A stretch of DNA of 19,837 bases from Elusimicrobiota bacterium. GTDB taxonomy: Bacteria > Elusimicrobiota > Elusimicrobia > UBA1565. The stretch is from the NCBI GenBank assembly GCA_043827405.1, contig JBDRPD010000002.1, forward strand, positions 1-19,837, given 5' to 3'. Under the pieces are notes generated by a model. It was given only the letters and a program-made list of their open reading frames with translations, was not told the DNA's origin and did no database searches. Below, in pieces: positions 1-8,749 of this stretch. Position 1 is the stretch's first letter, and every line of letters starts with the position of its first letter. Made by a program: the position numbers and the translations under genes.

Positions 1-1
1 G

Positions 2-874
2 GGCTTCGCCATCGCCGCGGCGGTCGGCATCTACCAGTCCTGCCAGGTCGATCCGCAGCTCCCCGTCTGGGACCGCCCGCGCGCGCACGCCTTCGTCCAC
101 CCGGTTACTTTCGGCTGCCAAATGACGATCGCGGTGATCGGCGCGAGCTGTTTTCTCGTAAGGCCGCCGCGCATATGGCGCGGCCCACGCGGCCGCGCCG
201 CCGCTATGGGTCTCCTGGCCGTTTGCGGAACCGCGCTGTTTTTCAGCAATACGCGCGGCGCGCTGTTCGCCTGTTTTCTCGCCCTCGCCGCGACGGCGCT
301 GCTGCTGCCCCGGCCGCGCAAGATGCTCATGCTGGCGCTCGCCGTTGGCCTCGCGCTATTTTTCGCCGGCGAGCTCGCCCGGCCCGACCGGTCGCTTATC
401 GCGGAGTTCGCCGGCTGGAAAACGCCGCTGCTGATTCACGGCACGCAAAAGATGCGGCTGCTGCTGTGGGACGTCGCGCTGCGCATCGGCATCGACCATC
501 CGCTCACGGGTGTCGGCCACAATAATTTCAGAACCGTCTTCGAAAACTACCACAACGGGCTGCTTGAAGGCTATGCCAAGAACTGGGGTACCGCCCACAA
601 CCTCTATCTGCATCATTTCGCCGAACGCGGGCTCCTTGGGCTGACGGCGCTGCTCGTATTCCTTGGCGCATTCTGGCTGCGGGCGCTGCGCCGGGTGCGC
701 CAGGCCGCGGAGCCCTGGAATCTTTGGGCTTTTGGAACAGCGACAGCCTTCCTTTTCATGAATATGACCGAAGTCGCGCTGCAGGTCGAGATTCTATGGA
801 TGCTGGTCTTTTTCGTATGGATCTGGGCCGAAGTTCTGCACCGCAGGAGGCCGCATGCCGCGCCAGCCCCGTAA
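2..874 (+). CDS. O-antigen ligase (WaaL/Wzy_C-like) family membrane protein, 5'-partial
   Basis: Frame of ORF 122..874 is open back to base 2 (GFAIAAAVGIYQSCQ...RAHAFVHPVTFG). Several hydrophobic segments plus family motifs SNTRGA, RLLLW...HPLTGVG.NNF and AHNLYLHHFAERGLLGL. Sits at the head of an LPS cluster. Confidence 0.85.
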   Translation, partial: GFAIAAAVGIYQSCQVDPQLPVWDRPRAHAFVHPVTFGCQMTIAVIGASCFLVRPPRIWRGPRGRAAAMGLLAVCGTALFFSNTRGALFACFLALAATALLLPRPRKMLMLALAVGLALFFAGELARPDRSLIAEFAGWKTPLLIHGTQKMRLLLWDVALRIGIDHPLTGVGHNNFRTVFENYHNGLLEGYAKNWGTAHNLYLHHFAERGLLGLTALLVFLGAFWLRALRRVRQAAEPWNLWAFGTATAFLFMNMTEVALQVEILWMLVFFVWIWAEVLHRRRPHAAPAP

Positions 875-1436
875 GCACTCCGTAGTTTTTCTCGACCGTG
901 ACGGAACCCTGATTCACGACCGGCCCGGCCACTATCTGCGCCGCCCAGAAAAGCTCCGTTTCTACCGGGTGACGTTCGCAGCGATGCGCCTGCTGAAGAA
1001 AGCGGGCTACCGCCTGGTCGTAATCACCAACCAAAGCGGCATCGGCCGCGGCTACCTCAGCGAGGCGATGGTGCGGCGCATCAATGCGCATATGCGCCGG
1101 GAGCTGCGCCGGCACAACGCCGATCTGGACGCCATCTATTACTGCCCGCATCACCCGCGGGAACGCTGCCGCTGCCGCAAGCCGTCGCCGCTCATGGCGC
1201 GCCGCGCGCAGCGGGAGCTGGGACTTTCCTTCAACGGTGCCGTTGTCATCGGCGACAAAAAAGCCGATGTCGATCTGGGCCGCGCCATCGGCGCGAGCAC
1301 CGTGCTGTTGAAAACCGGGCATGGGCGCAGCCAGCGGCAGCTCTTCGGCCGGTCGATCCGTCCGTCGCACAGCGCCAAGAACATCCTTGACGCGGCGCGC
1401 TGGGTCGTGAAGAATGTTAAGAGGAACGAAACATGA
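855..1436 (+). CDS. gmhB: D-glycero-D-manno-heptose-1,7-bisphosphate phosphatase (HAD-IIIA)
   Basis: FLDRDGT, ITNQSGIGRG, Zn site YCPHHP...CRCRKP, IGDK..D; lies near the heptose kinase gene. Confidence 0.9.
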   Translation: MPRQPRKHSVVFLDRDGTLIHDRPGHYLRRPEKLRFYRVTFAAMRLLKKAGYRLVVITNQSGIGRGYLSEAMVRRINAHMRRELRRHNADLDAIYYCPHHPRERCRCRKPSPLMARRAQRELGLSFNGAVVIGDKKADVDLGRAIGASTVLLKTGHGRSQRQLFGRSIRPSHSAKNILDAARWVVKNVKRNET

Positions 1437-2302
1437 TAAAGCACGGGCTTTTGGCCTTATTGCTGCTGGCGTCCGCGGCCGGCGAAGCCGCCGCGGAGGG
1501 GACACGCAGCGTCTATTCGAGCGCGACGATCAATTCCCCCTACGACCTCATCCGCGGAACCATGCCCCGGTCGCAAGACTATACCCGGGTCCCGTGGTTC
1601 GGTGAGCAGCTGAAATACGAGGTAAAATGGGGCGTCGTCATGCTGGGCCATGCCACGCTGGGAGTGCCGGAAGTCGTCGATTTTGCTGGACAGCCGGCGT
1701 ACCACGTCGTCAACACAGCGAAGACGATCCCCTTCGCCGACAAATTCTACGAGGTCCGCGATCTCAATGAATCCTGGATCCATGTGGGCGACCTGCGCTC
1801 CCTGGGCTACTCCAAGAAGCTGCGGGAAGGCAATTTCTTCCGCGACGAGTGGGTCCTCTACGACTACCACAACAAGTTCTGGCTATCCAAGCAGGTCAAT
1901 CGGGACGCCACCTTCCACTACAGCTCCGGCGCCATTCCCGGCGAGGTGCAGGACCTGCTTTCGAGCATCTTCCTCCTCCGGCCGGAGCCGCTGAAGGTCG
2001 GTGATGAGATCAGCTTCGACGTCAACACCAAAAAGACCTGGCCGCTGAAGGTAAAGGTCCTGCGCCGGCAGACGGTGAGCGTGCCGGCCGGGCGTTTCCG
2101 CTGCGTAGTCCTCGAACCGTTCCTGCGCGACGAGGGGCTGTTTGTCCAGAAGGGACGGAAACTGCAGATATGGGTCACTGACGACGAGCGGCACATCCCC
2201 GTCCTGATGAAGGTCGACATTATTCTCGGCAAGATATCGGCGTATCTCCTGGAGATCAACGGCGAACAGCAGAAGCAGAGGAAAAATAAAAGAAGATGGT
2301 GA
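1433..2302 (+). CDS. Exported DUF3108-like protein
   Basis: Signal peptide (MIKHGLLALLLLASAAGEAAA); GEQLKYEVKWG, VSVPAGRFRCVVLEP and IWVTDDERHIPV resemble DUF3108; ATGA overlap with gmhB. Confidence 0.75.
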   Translation: MIKHGLLALLLLASAAGEAAAEGTRSVYSSATINSPYDLIRGTMPRSQDYTRVPWFGEQLKYEVKWGVVMLGHATLGVPEVVDFAGQPAYHVVNTAKTIPFADKFYEVRDLNESWIHVGDLRSLGYSKKLREGNFFRDEWVLYDYHNKFWLSKQVNRDATFHYSSGAIPGEVQDLLSSIFLLRPEPLKVGDEISFDVNTKKTWPLKVKVLRRQTVSVPAGRFRCVVLEPFLRDEGLFVQKGRKLQIWVTDDERHIPVLMKVDIILGKISAYLLEINGEQQKQRKNKRRW

Positions 2303-2330
2303 ACCTACGGCCTAGAGAATCCGCGGCAAA

Positions 2331-2339
2331 TGATATAAT
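2331..2339 (+). promoter_or_regulatory. Extended -10 sigma70-type promoter element (TGaTATAAT)
   Basis: TG-n-TATAAT in the 51-bp gap, ending 14 nt before the ATG at 2354. Confidence 0.7.
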
Positions 2340-2353
2340 CCGGTCCAGGTCCG

Positions 2354-3376
2354 ATGCCTAAAAGCGCCTCCAAAACCCTCCGCCTGCGCACCCTATTGGA
2401 TAGATTTCCCGGCAAACGCATCCTGGTCCTCGGTGATCTGATGCTGGACCAGTTTATCCGCGGCAGCGTCGCTCGGATATCGCCGGAGGCGCCCGTCCCT
2501 GTCGTCGCCGTCCGTCAGGAGACCCACGCTCCGGGGGGCGCCGGCAATGTCAGCAGCAACCTCACCGCGCTGGGCGCACAGGTCTCGCTGTTCAGCGTGG
2601 TCGGCAGCGACCTGGCGGGCGCCCGGCTCTTGGACGACCTGCGCGAACGCGGAGCGAATACCGACGGCGTTCTGCAGCTCGATTCACGCGTTACGACCCA
2701 GAAATGCCGGGTCGTCGCCGAGCACCAGCAAATCGTACGCTTTGACCGCGAGACGCTCAGCAGCCTGCCCCGCAGCGCGCAGGACGAGATGCTCAAGCGC
2801 CTGCGCTCGGCGCTGGCGACCGCCCATGCCCTCATCATCTCGGACTATGGAAAGGGCATCGTAACCGAACACGTCGTCCGGCGAGCTCTGAGCGCGGCGC
2901 ACCGTACCCGACGGCCGGTGCTCGTCGACCCTAAAGTGGAGCACTTCAAACGCTACCGCGGTGTCGACTGCATGACGCCCAATATCCACGAAGCCTGGGC
3001 GGGCATGCGGCTGCAGCCCGTGGAGAATGAAGAGGATATCGCGCGCCTGGGCAAAAGAATTCTCCGCAGCCTGCGGCTGCGATCGGTGCTGATCACGCGC
3101 GGTGAAAAGGGCATGACCCTTTTCCGCGCCAGAACCAAGCGCCGGATCACGCACATCCCCACCGTGGCCAAGGAAGTTTTCGACGTTACGGGCGCGGGCG
3201 ACACTGTTATCAGCCTGATGGCGCTGGCGCTGGCGTCGGGGTCCTCAATGCATGAAGCCGCGCTCCTGGCGAACGTGGGCGCGGGCATCGTCGTCGGCAA
3301 GCTGGGGACCGCAACCGTAAGCATCGCGGAAATCCGCAGAGGCCTGACGGAACTGGCTCGGCGCATGCGGCGATGA
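2354..3376 (+). CDS. rfaE1: D-glycero-D-manno-heptose-7-phosphate kinase (stand-alone HldE kinase domain, PfkB family)
   Basis: GDLMLD...RISPEAPVPVV, PGGAGNV, ISDYGKG, VDPK, DVTGAGDT, VVGKLGTATV; no fused adenylyltransferase domain. Confidence 0.92.
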   Translation: MPKSASKTLRLRTLLDRFPGKRILVLGDLMLDQFIRGSVARISPEAPVPVVAVRQETHAPGGAGNVSSNLTALGAQVSLFSVVGSDLAGARLLDDLRERGANTDGVLQLDSRVTTQKCRVVAEHQQIVRFDRETLSSLPRSAQDEMLKRLRSALATAHALIISDYGKGIVTEHVVRRALSAAHRTRRPVLVDPKVEHFKRYRGVDCMTPNIHEAWAGMRLQPVENEEDIARLGKRILRSLRLRSVLITRGEKGMTLFRARTKRRITHIPTVAKEVFDVTGAGDTVISLMALALASGSSMHEAALLANVGAGIVVGKLGTATVSIAEIRRGLTELARRMRR

Positions 3377-4146
3377 AGCTTTCCGCCGACGCCCGGACCC
3401 TGATCGTTATTCCCGCCCGGCTGCGCTCCACGCGCTTCCCGCGCAAGGTGCTGCAGCTGCTCGACGGCCGTCCTATCGTGGAATGGTGCCGCCGCGCGGC
3501 GGTCCGCTCCCGCTGCGGCCCGGTCATCGTCGCGGCCGATCATGCCGACGTACGCGCCGCGGTGGAAAGCTATGGCGGAACCGCGGTCATGACGCCTGCC
3601 GGCTGCCGCTCGGGCACGGACCGGGTGTTCGCGGCGCTGCGCGCCGCGGAGAAGATTCTCGGCCGCAAGTTCCGCTCGATCATCAACCTGCAGGGCGACG
3701 AACCCTTTATCCGGCCCGCCACCATCCGCCAGGTCGCGCGGCTGGTCGAACGAGGCGGCCCCGACGACATGTCGACCGCCGTCGTTCCCGCGCCGGACCC
3801 CCGAATGGCGGCGGACCCGAACCGCGTCAAAGCGGTCCTTAGCGCCGACGGACGATGCCTGTACTTTTCACGCGCTCCGATACCGCATGCCCGGTCGCGC
3901 AAAGCGCCGGCGCCGCTCATCCATATCGGCATTTACGGCTTTACGCGTGCGGCGCTCAAGAAGTTCGTGCGGCTGCGGCCGTCGCCCCTGGAGAACGTCG
4001 AGATGCTCGAGCAGCTGCGGGCGCTGGAAGCCGGGATGACGATCCGCGGCGCGCGCGTACGCGATGAGATCCTCGCGATCGACACGCCGGCGGATCTCGC
4101 GCGGGCAAAGCAATACCTCAGAAGAATTAAAGGAAAACGGACGTAA
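3373..4146 (+). CDS. kdsB: 3-deoxy-manno-octulosonate cytidylyltransferase (CMP-Kdo synthetase)
   Basis: [61 protein letters not shown] overlap with the kinase gene. Confidence 0.95.
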   Translation: MKLSADARTLIVIPARLRSTRFPRKVLQLLDGRPIVEWCRRAAVRSRCGPVIVAADHADVRAAVESYGGTAVMTPAGCRSGTDRVFAALRAAEKILGRKFRSIINLQGDEPFIRPATIRQVARLVERGGPDDMSTAVVPAPDPRMAADPNRVKAVLSADGRCLYFSRAPIPHARSRKAPAPLIHIGIYGFTRAALKKFVRLRPSPLENVEMLEQLRALEAGMTIRGARVRDEILAIDTPADLARAKQYLRRIKGKRT

Positions 4147-4159
4147 AGGGGTTCCCGGC

Positions 4160-5785
4160 ATGGCCAAATACATCTTCGTAACCGGCGGCGTGGTAAGCTC
4201 ACTCGGCAAAGGCATCAGCGCCGCGTCGATCGCGAAACTGATGCAAAGCCGCGGCATGAAAGTCACCTGCATCAAATGCGACCCCTACATCAACGTCGAT
4301 CCGGGAACGATGAACCCCTTTCAGCACGGAGAGGTGTTCGTTACCGAGGACGGCGCGGAGACGGACCTGGACCTCGGCCACTACGAACGCTTTCTCAACA
4401 ACGACATGCACCAGTCCAATAATTTCACCGCGGGACAAGTGTACGAGACGGTCATCTGCAAAGAGCGCCACGGCGATTTTCTCGGCAACACGGTACAGAT
4501 CATCCCGCACATCACCGATGAGATCAAGCAGCGCTACCGCCGCGTATCGAAGGGCAACGATCTCGTCATCATCGAAATAGGCGGGACCGTCGGCGACATC
4601 GAGAGCCTGCCGTTCCTGGAGGCGGCGCGCCAGCTCGGCCTGGACGCCGGTCAAAACAACGTCCTCTATGTCCACGTCACCCTATTGCCGTACATCCGCG
4701 CATCCGAGGAAGTAAAAACGAAGCCGACCCAGCACTCGGTCGGCAAGCTCCGGGAGATCGGGATCAATCCGGACATCCTGATCTGCCGGACCGAAAAGCC
4801 GATTTCCGCCGAGATCAAAAACAAGCTCTCGCTGTTCTGCAGCGTGCACAAGGAAGCCGTAATCGAAGCGCCCGACGTGAGCTCCATCTATGAAATCCCC
4901 TTGGTCTTTCACAAGCAGGGCCTCGACGAACAGCTGCTGATGCTCATGCGGCTGCGCGCCTATGCGAAGGATTTTGACAAGTGGCAGAAAGTGGTGCGCC
5001 GGATCAAGAGCCCCGACGACGAAGTGCGCATCGCCGTCGCCGGAAAATACACGGCGCTTAAGGACGCGTATAAATCCGTTCACGAGGCGCTCGTCCATGG
5101 CGGCATCGCCAATAATACGCGGGTCCGGGTCGAATACATCGACGCTGATTCCCCCGACATCGAAGCGCTGCTGCTGGAGACGGACGGAGTTCTCGTCCCG
5201 GGCGGCTTCGGCGACCGCGGCAGCGAAGGAAAGATTCGCGCCATTGAGATCGCCCGCGAGAACGACATCCCCTTCTTCGGCCTGTGCCTCGGCATGCAGA
5301 TGGCGGTCATTGAGTTCGCGCGCAATGTCCTCAAGCTCAATAACGCGAACTCCTCCGAGTTCGACCCCAAGACGCGCTACCCGGTCATCGACCTGCTGCC
5401 GGAGCAGAAGGATGTCGAGGATAAAGGCGCGACCATGCGCTTGGGCGCCTATCCGTGCGCGCTGAAAAAAGGGAGCCGTGCGCAAAAAATCTACGGTGCC
5501 GCCGTGATCAACGAGCGCCACCGGCACCGCTACGAGTTTAATAACAAGTTCCGCAAGCTGATCGAAGACGCCGGCATGCTCATCAGCGGCAACTTCACGG
5601 CAAAAAACCTCGCCGAGATCGTGGAGCTGCAGGGCCATCCATGGTTCCTGGCGACGCAGTTCCATCCTGAATTCAAATCGCGGCCGGAATCCCCCCATCC
5701 GCTGTTCGCCGACTACATCAAAGCGGCGCTCAAGCGGGCGCGTCAGCGGTCCCCGGGCAAGGAGGTCTCGCATGCCGACAGCTAG
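4160..5785 (+). CDS. pyrG: CTP synthase
   Basis: Start revised to ATG 4160 ([18 protein letters not shown], preceded by AGGGG); [49 protein letters not shown]. Confidence 0.98.
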   Translation: MAKYIFVTGGVVSSLGKGISAASIAKLMQSRGMKVTCIKCDPYINVDPGTMNPFQHGEVFVTEDGAETDLDLGHYERFLNNDMHQSNNFTAGQVYETVICKERHGDFLGNTVQIIPHITDEIKQRYRRVSKGNDLVIIEIGGTVGDIESLPFLEAARQLGLDAGQNNVLYVHVTLLPYIRASEEVKTKPTQHSVGKLREIGINPDILICRTEKPISAEIKNKLSLFCSVHKEAVIEAPDVSSIYEIPLVFHKQGLDEQLLMLMRLRAYAKDFDKWQKVVRRIKSPDDEVRIAVAGKYTALKDAYKSVHEALVHGGIANNTRVRVEYIDADSPDIEALLLETDGVLVPGGFGDRGSEGKIRAIEIARENDIPFFGLCLGMQMAVIEFARNVLKLNNANSSEFDPKTRYPVIDLLPEQKDVEDKGATMRLGAYPCALKKGSRAQKIYGAAVINERHRHRYEFNNKFRKLIEDAGMLISGNFTAKNLAEIVELQGHPWFLATQFHPEFKSRPESPHPLFADYIKAALKRARQRSPGKEVSHADS

Positions 5786-6662
5786 AAAGAAAACCGCAGC
5801 GGCGAAAGCGCGGCGGGTTCCGGTGGGACCGTTTACCGTGTCCAACGAACTGCCGGTCTTTTTCATCACCGGCATGTGCATCCTGGAATCGCCGCGCCTG
5901 CTCGAACAGGTCGGCCGCGAGCTCAAGCGGGTGTTCGCGCGCGCCAAAGTACGCTGGATTCTGAAGTGCAGCTTCGATAAGGCCAACCGCTCCTCCCTGC
6001 GCTCATACCGCGGGCGAAGCATGAGCCAAACCCTCGAGGTATTCGCCCAGGTCAAAAAGGACCTCGGAGTACCGATGATCACGGACGTCCATGAGCCGCG
6101 GCAGGCGGAGCTCGCGGCGAAAGTCGTCGACGTGCTGCAGATTCCGGCCTTTCTCTGCCGCCAAACGGACCTGCTGGTAGCCGCCGGGAAGACCGGCCGG
6201 ACCATCAACATAAAGAAGGGGCAATTCATGGCCCCCTGGGATATAACCAACGCCGTCCGCAAAGTGGAGTCAACGGGCTGCCGGAAAATTCTCCTGACGG
6301 AGCGGGGAGCATCCTTCGGCTACGGCAACCTCGTCGTGGACATGCGCTCGCTGGAGATCATGTCGCGCACCGGCTACCCCGTCGTATTCGACGCGACCCA
6401 TTCCTGCCAGCTGCCGGGCGCGCTGGGCGACGCTACCGGCGGGCAGCGCGAATTCGCTTCGCTGCTGGCACGCAGCGCCGCCGCTGCCGGCGTGGCGGGA
6501 ATTTCCATGGAGACGCATCCGAATCCCGAGCGCGCGCTCTCCGACGGCCCCAACTCCGTCTACCTGCGCGACGTCGCCGGGATCATCCGCAGCGTCGCCG
6601 CGATTGACCGCTTAGTGAAGAAGGAACGCCAAGCCGCAAGGGCCGGGAGGAAAGGAGCATGA
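5772..6662 (+). CDS. kdsA: 3-deoxy-D-manno-octulosonate 8-phosphate synthase
   Basis: [57 protein letters not shown]. Confidence 0.96.
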   Translation: MPTARKKTAAAKARRVPVGPFTVSNELPVFFITGMCILESPRLLEQVGRELKRVFARAKVRWILKCSFDKANRSSLRSYRGRSMSQTLEVFAQVKKDLGVPMITDVHEPRQAELAAKVVDVLQIPAFLCRQTDLLVAAGKTGRTINIKKGQFMAPWDITNAVRKVESTGCRKILLTERGASFGYGNLVVDMRSLEIMSRTGYPVVFDATHSCQLPGALGDATGGQREFASLLARSAAAAGVAGISMETHPNPERALSDGPNSVYLRDVAGIIRSVAAIDRLVKKERQAARAGRKGA

Positions 6663-6904
6663 AGTGTCCGAACTGTTCCCAAGAAAACAAGGACGCGGCG
6701 AAAACATGCAGAAAATGCGACCGGGACCTCGCCATGCCGCCGGCATGGTTCCCGGACTGGAAGTGGCACGCGAGGACCCTCGGCATCATTTATGCCTGCG
6801 TTGTCGTCTTCTACTTCGTCACCTCCTTCGCCCTCCGACAGCTGCCGAAACCGTACCACATTCGAAAAATTCCCGTGGAGCTCACCCCCTGGCTAAACAA
6901 ATAA
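6659..6904 (+). CDS. Small zinc-ribbon protein with one TM helix
   Basis: CPNC-x10-CRKC then hydrophobic TLGIIYACVVVFYFVTSFAL; AAGGAG ribosome-binding site and ATGA overlap with kdsA. Confidence 0.8.
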   Translation: MKCPNCSQENKDAAKTCRKCDRDLAMPPAWFPDWKWHARTLGIIYACVVVFYFVTSFALRQLPKPYHIRKIPVELTPWLNK

Positions 6905-7395
6905 CCCTGCTGACGGCCGCCGTACTGGGCCTATCCCTTTCTGCCTGCGTTGAGAAAACGGATAGCGCCAAGGAGAGCTCTTTTCAGATTTTGGAAAACT
7001 TTTCCATGACCCAGACCGCCGAGCTAAAAAATCTATGGCAGCTCAGCGCGCCGACGGCGCTTATCTCGCTCGACGGCTCGGCCAGCCTCAAGAAGCCGGT
7101 AATCCGCTTCTACCGCGCGGGCAGCCACGCCAGCACGGCGCATGCGAACGAAGCCAGAATCCGCGCGGGCTCAAACGACGTCAAGCTTAAAGGCGATGTC
7201 ATCATCATCGCCCACGAGGAGAAGGTGACGCTGCGCACGCAAACGATCGATTATCTCGCCAAGCAGGACCGCATGCGCACAGAGGACGAGGTCATTATCA
7301 CTCGCCCGGGAGCGAAGCTGCGCGGCAAGGGGATGGAAGCGGATTCCGCGCTCAACGACATCACAATATTCCACCAGGAGACGATCCTGCAATGA
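6889..7395 (+). CDS. lptC: LPS export periplasmic protein LptC, probable lipoprotein; start uncertain
   Basis: 3' part of ORF 6664..7395: (L)AKQITLLTAAVLGLSLSA-C lipobox, then beta-rich LptC-like segments (WQLSA, LKGDV, LRTQTIDY, TEDEVII, LRGKGMEAD); upstream of lptA-like and lptB. Start placed at CTG 6889 after GGAG. Confidence 0.8.
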   Translation: MAKQITLLTAAVLGLSLSACVEKTDSAKESSFQILENFSMTQTAELKNLWQLSAPTALISLDGSASLKKPVIRFYRAGSHASTAHANEARIRAGSNDVKLKGDVIIIAHEEKVTLRTQTIDYLAKQDRMRTEDEVIITRPGAKLRGKGMEADSALNDITIFHQETILQ

Positions 7396-8033
7396 GAGGC
7401 GCGGCGCTGGCCGTCATAATCACGGTCTTCCCGCTGTCCGCGGCGGCCGACGGCGGGCTTTCCCCGGAAGCGGTGGGCAGCGTGGTCCGCAGCGAACGGT
7501 GGAATGTAAGGCGCAAGCCGCACAAGGTCGAAGAGCTCAGCGGCAACGTCACCTACGACAAGGACAACCGCCACCTGCGTGCCGACTGGGCCCTGTACGA
7601 CCATAAAACCAAGGTCCTGCAGGGGCGCGGCGGCATCCGCATCACGCAAGAGACGACCAAGGGGCGCAAGATACATTTAACCGGCGAGCGGGGCAGCTAC
7701 GACGACAATTCCCGTCAAGGTGTGCTAAGCGGGCAAACAGACGCCGATCCGGTCCGCTTCAAGCGCGTCGACGCCGCGGGTCAGGATATCGGCGGCGCGC
7801 AATGCCGCACCGTCCACTGGGACGCGGCCCAGGAGGCCGTTTCGCTCGAGGGGCGCCGCCCCTACCTGCGCGCGGACGAACCGGGCTGGTCCGGAGCCGT
7901 CCAGGCCGACCGCATTACGGCCCACCGCGGAACCGACACCGGCCGGCGCATCGTCGCCGAAGGGCGGACGAGCGGCTGGCTGTATTTCCCGCACGATACC
8001 GACCGCGCCGTCAAGGCGGCGCCGCAGCCATGA
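7392..8033 (+). CDS. LptA/OstA-like periplasmic beta-jellyroll protein
   Basis: Signal peptide, ELSGNVTY, LRADWALYD, LTGERGSYD; lies between lptC and lptB with ATGA overlaps on both sides. Confidence 0.7.
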   Translation: MRGAALAVIITVFPLSAAADGGLSPEAVGSVVRSERWNVRRKPHKVEELSGNVTYDKDNRHLRADWALYDHKTKVLQGRGGIRITQETTKGRKIHLTGERGSYDDNSRQGVLSGQTDADPVRFKRVDAAGQDIGGAQCRTVHWDAAQEAVSLEGRRPYLRADEPGWSGAVQADRITAHRGTDTGRRIVAEGRTSGWLYFPHDTDRAVKAAPQP

Positions 8034-8749
8034 AACTGAGCGCCGAGAAGATTCTGAAAAACTACGGCCAGCGCCAGGTCGTCAAGGGGATATCCCTTAA
8101 CGTCAACTCCGGCGAAATCGTCGGGCTGCTGGGCCCCAACGGGGCCGGCAAGACGACGACGTTCTACAGCATGGTCGGCTTCATCCGCCCCGACGGCGGC
8201 CGCATCCTTATCGACGACAAGGACGTCACGCAGGAGCCGATGTATCTGCGTTCGCATCAGGGGCTGGGCTACCTCGCCCAAGAGCCCACGGTGTTCCGGG
8301 GGCTGACCGTCGAGGAGAACCTTCTGGCGGTCCTCGAGCGGACCATCGAGGACAAGAACGAGCGCGAAAAGAAGGTCTCCGACCTGCTGGCGGAGTTCCG
8401 CCTTGCAAAGCTGCGCCGGCAAAAAGCATGGACGCTGTCGGGTGGAGAAAAACGGCGGCTCGAAGTCGCCCGGGCGATGATCCAAAACCCAAAGATCATC
8501 CTTCTCGACGAACCGTTCGTCGGCATCGACCCGATCACGGTCAGTGAACTCAAGGGGACGATCGAGGAACTCAGAGCACGCGGCATCGGCTTTCTGATCA
8601 CCGATCACAACGTCCGCGAAACGCTGCCGATCATCGACCGCGCCTACCTAATCTACGACGGGCAGATTATCCTGGACGGGACGTCCGACGAGCTGCTCAA
8701 TGACCCCAAGGCGCGCGAGATATACCTCGGCAAAGACTTCAAGATTTGA
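8030..8749 (+). CDS. lptB: LPS export ABC transporter ATP-binding protein
   Basis: Start revised to ATG 8030; GLLGPNGAGKTTTFY, YLAQEPTVFR, LSGGEKRRLE, LLDEPF.GIDP, LITDHNVRETL. Confidence 0.96.
   Translation: MKLSAEKILKNYGQRQVVKGISLNVNSGEIVGLLGPNGAGKTTTFYSMVGFIRPDGGRILIDDKDVTQEPMYLRSHQGLGYLAQEPTVFRGLTVEENLLAVLERTIEDKNEREKKVSDLLAEFRLAKLRRQKAWTLSGGEKRRLEVARAMIQNPKIILLDEPFVGIDPITVSELKGTIEELRARGIGFLITDHNVRETLPIIDRAYLIYDGQIILDGTSDELLNDPKAREIYLGKDFKI

Noticed and set aside
4064..4159. Upstream extension of pyrG (likewise lptB 7802-8029 and TPR 13610-13681)
   Set aside because: Extensions overlap neighbouring genes; downstream ATGs match family N-termini, RBSs or ATGA couplings.
4682..6262. 526-aa antisense ORF over pyrG/kdsA
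   Set aside because: No recognisable motifs; typical shadow ORF opposite conserved genes in high-GC DNA.
6659..7395. Possible frameshifted fusion of Zn-ribbon protein and LptC
   Set aside because: Both parts look self-contained, LptC has its own signal/lipobox and RBS, and no convincing slippery site was seen at the junction.
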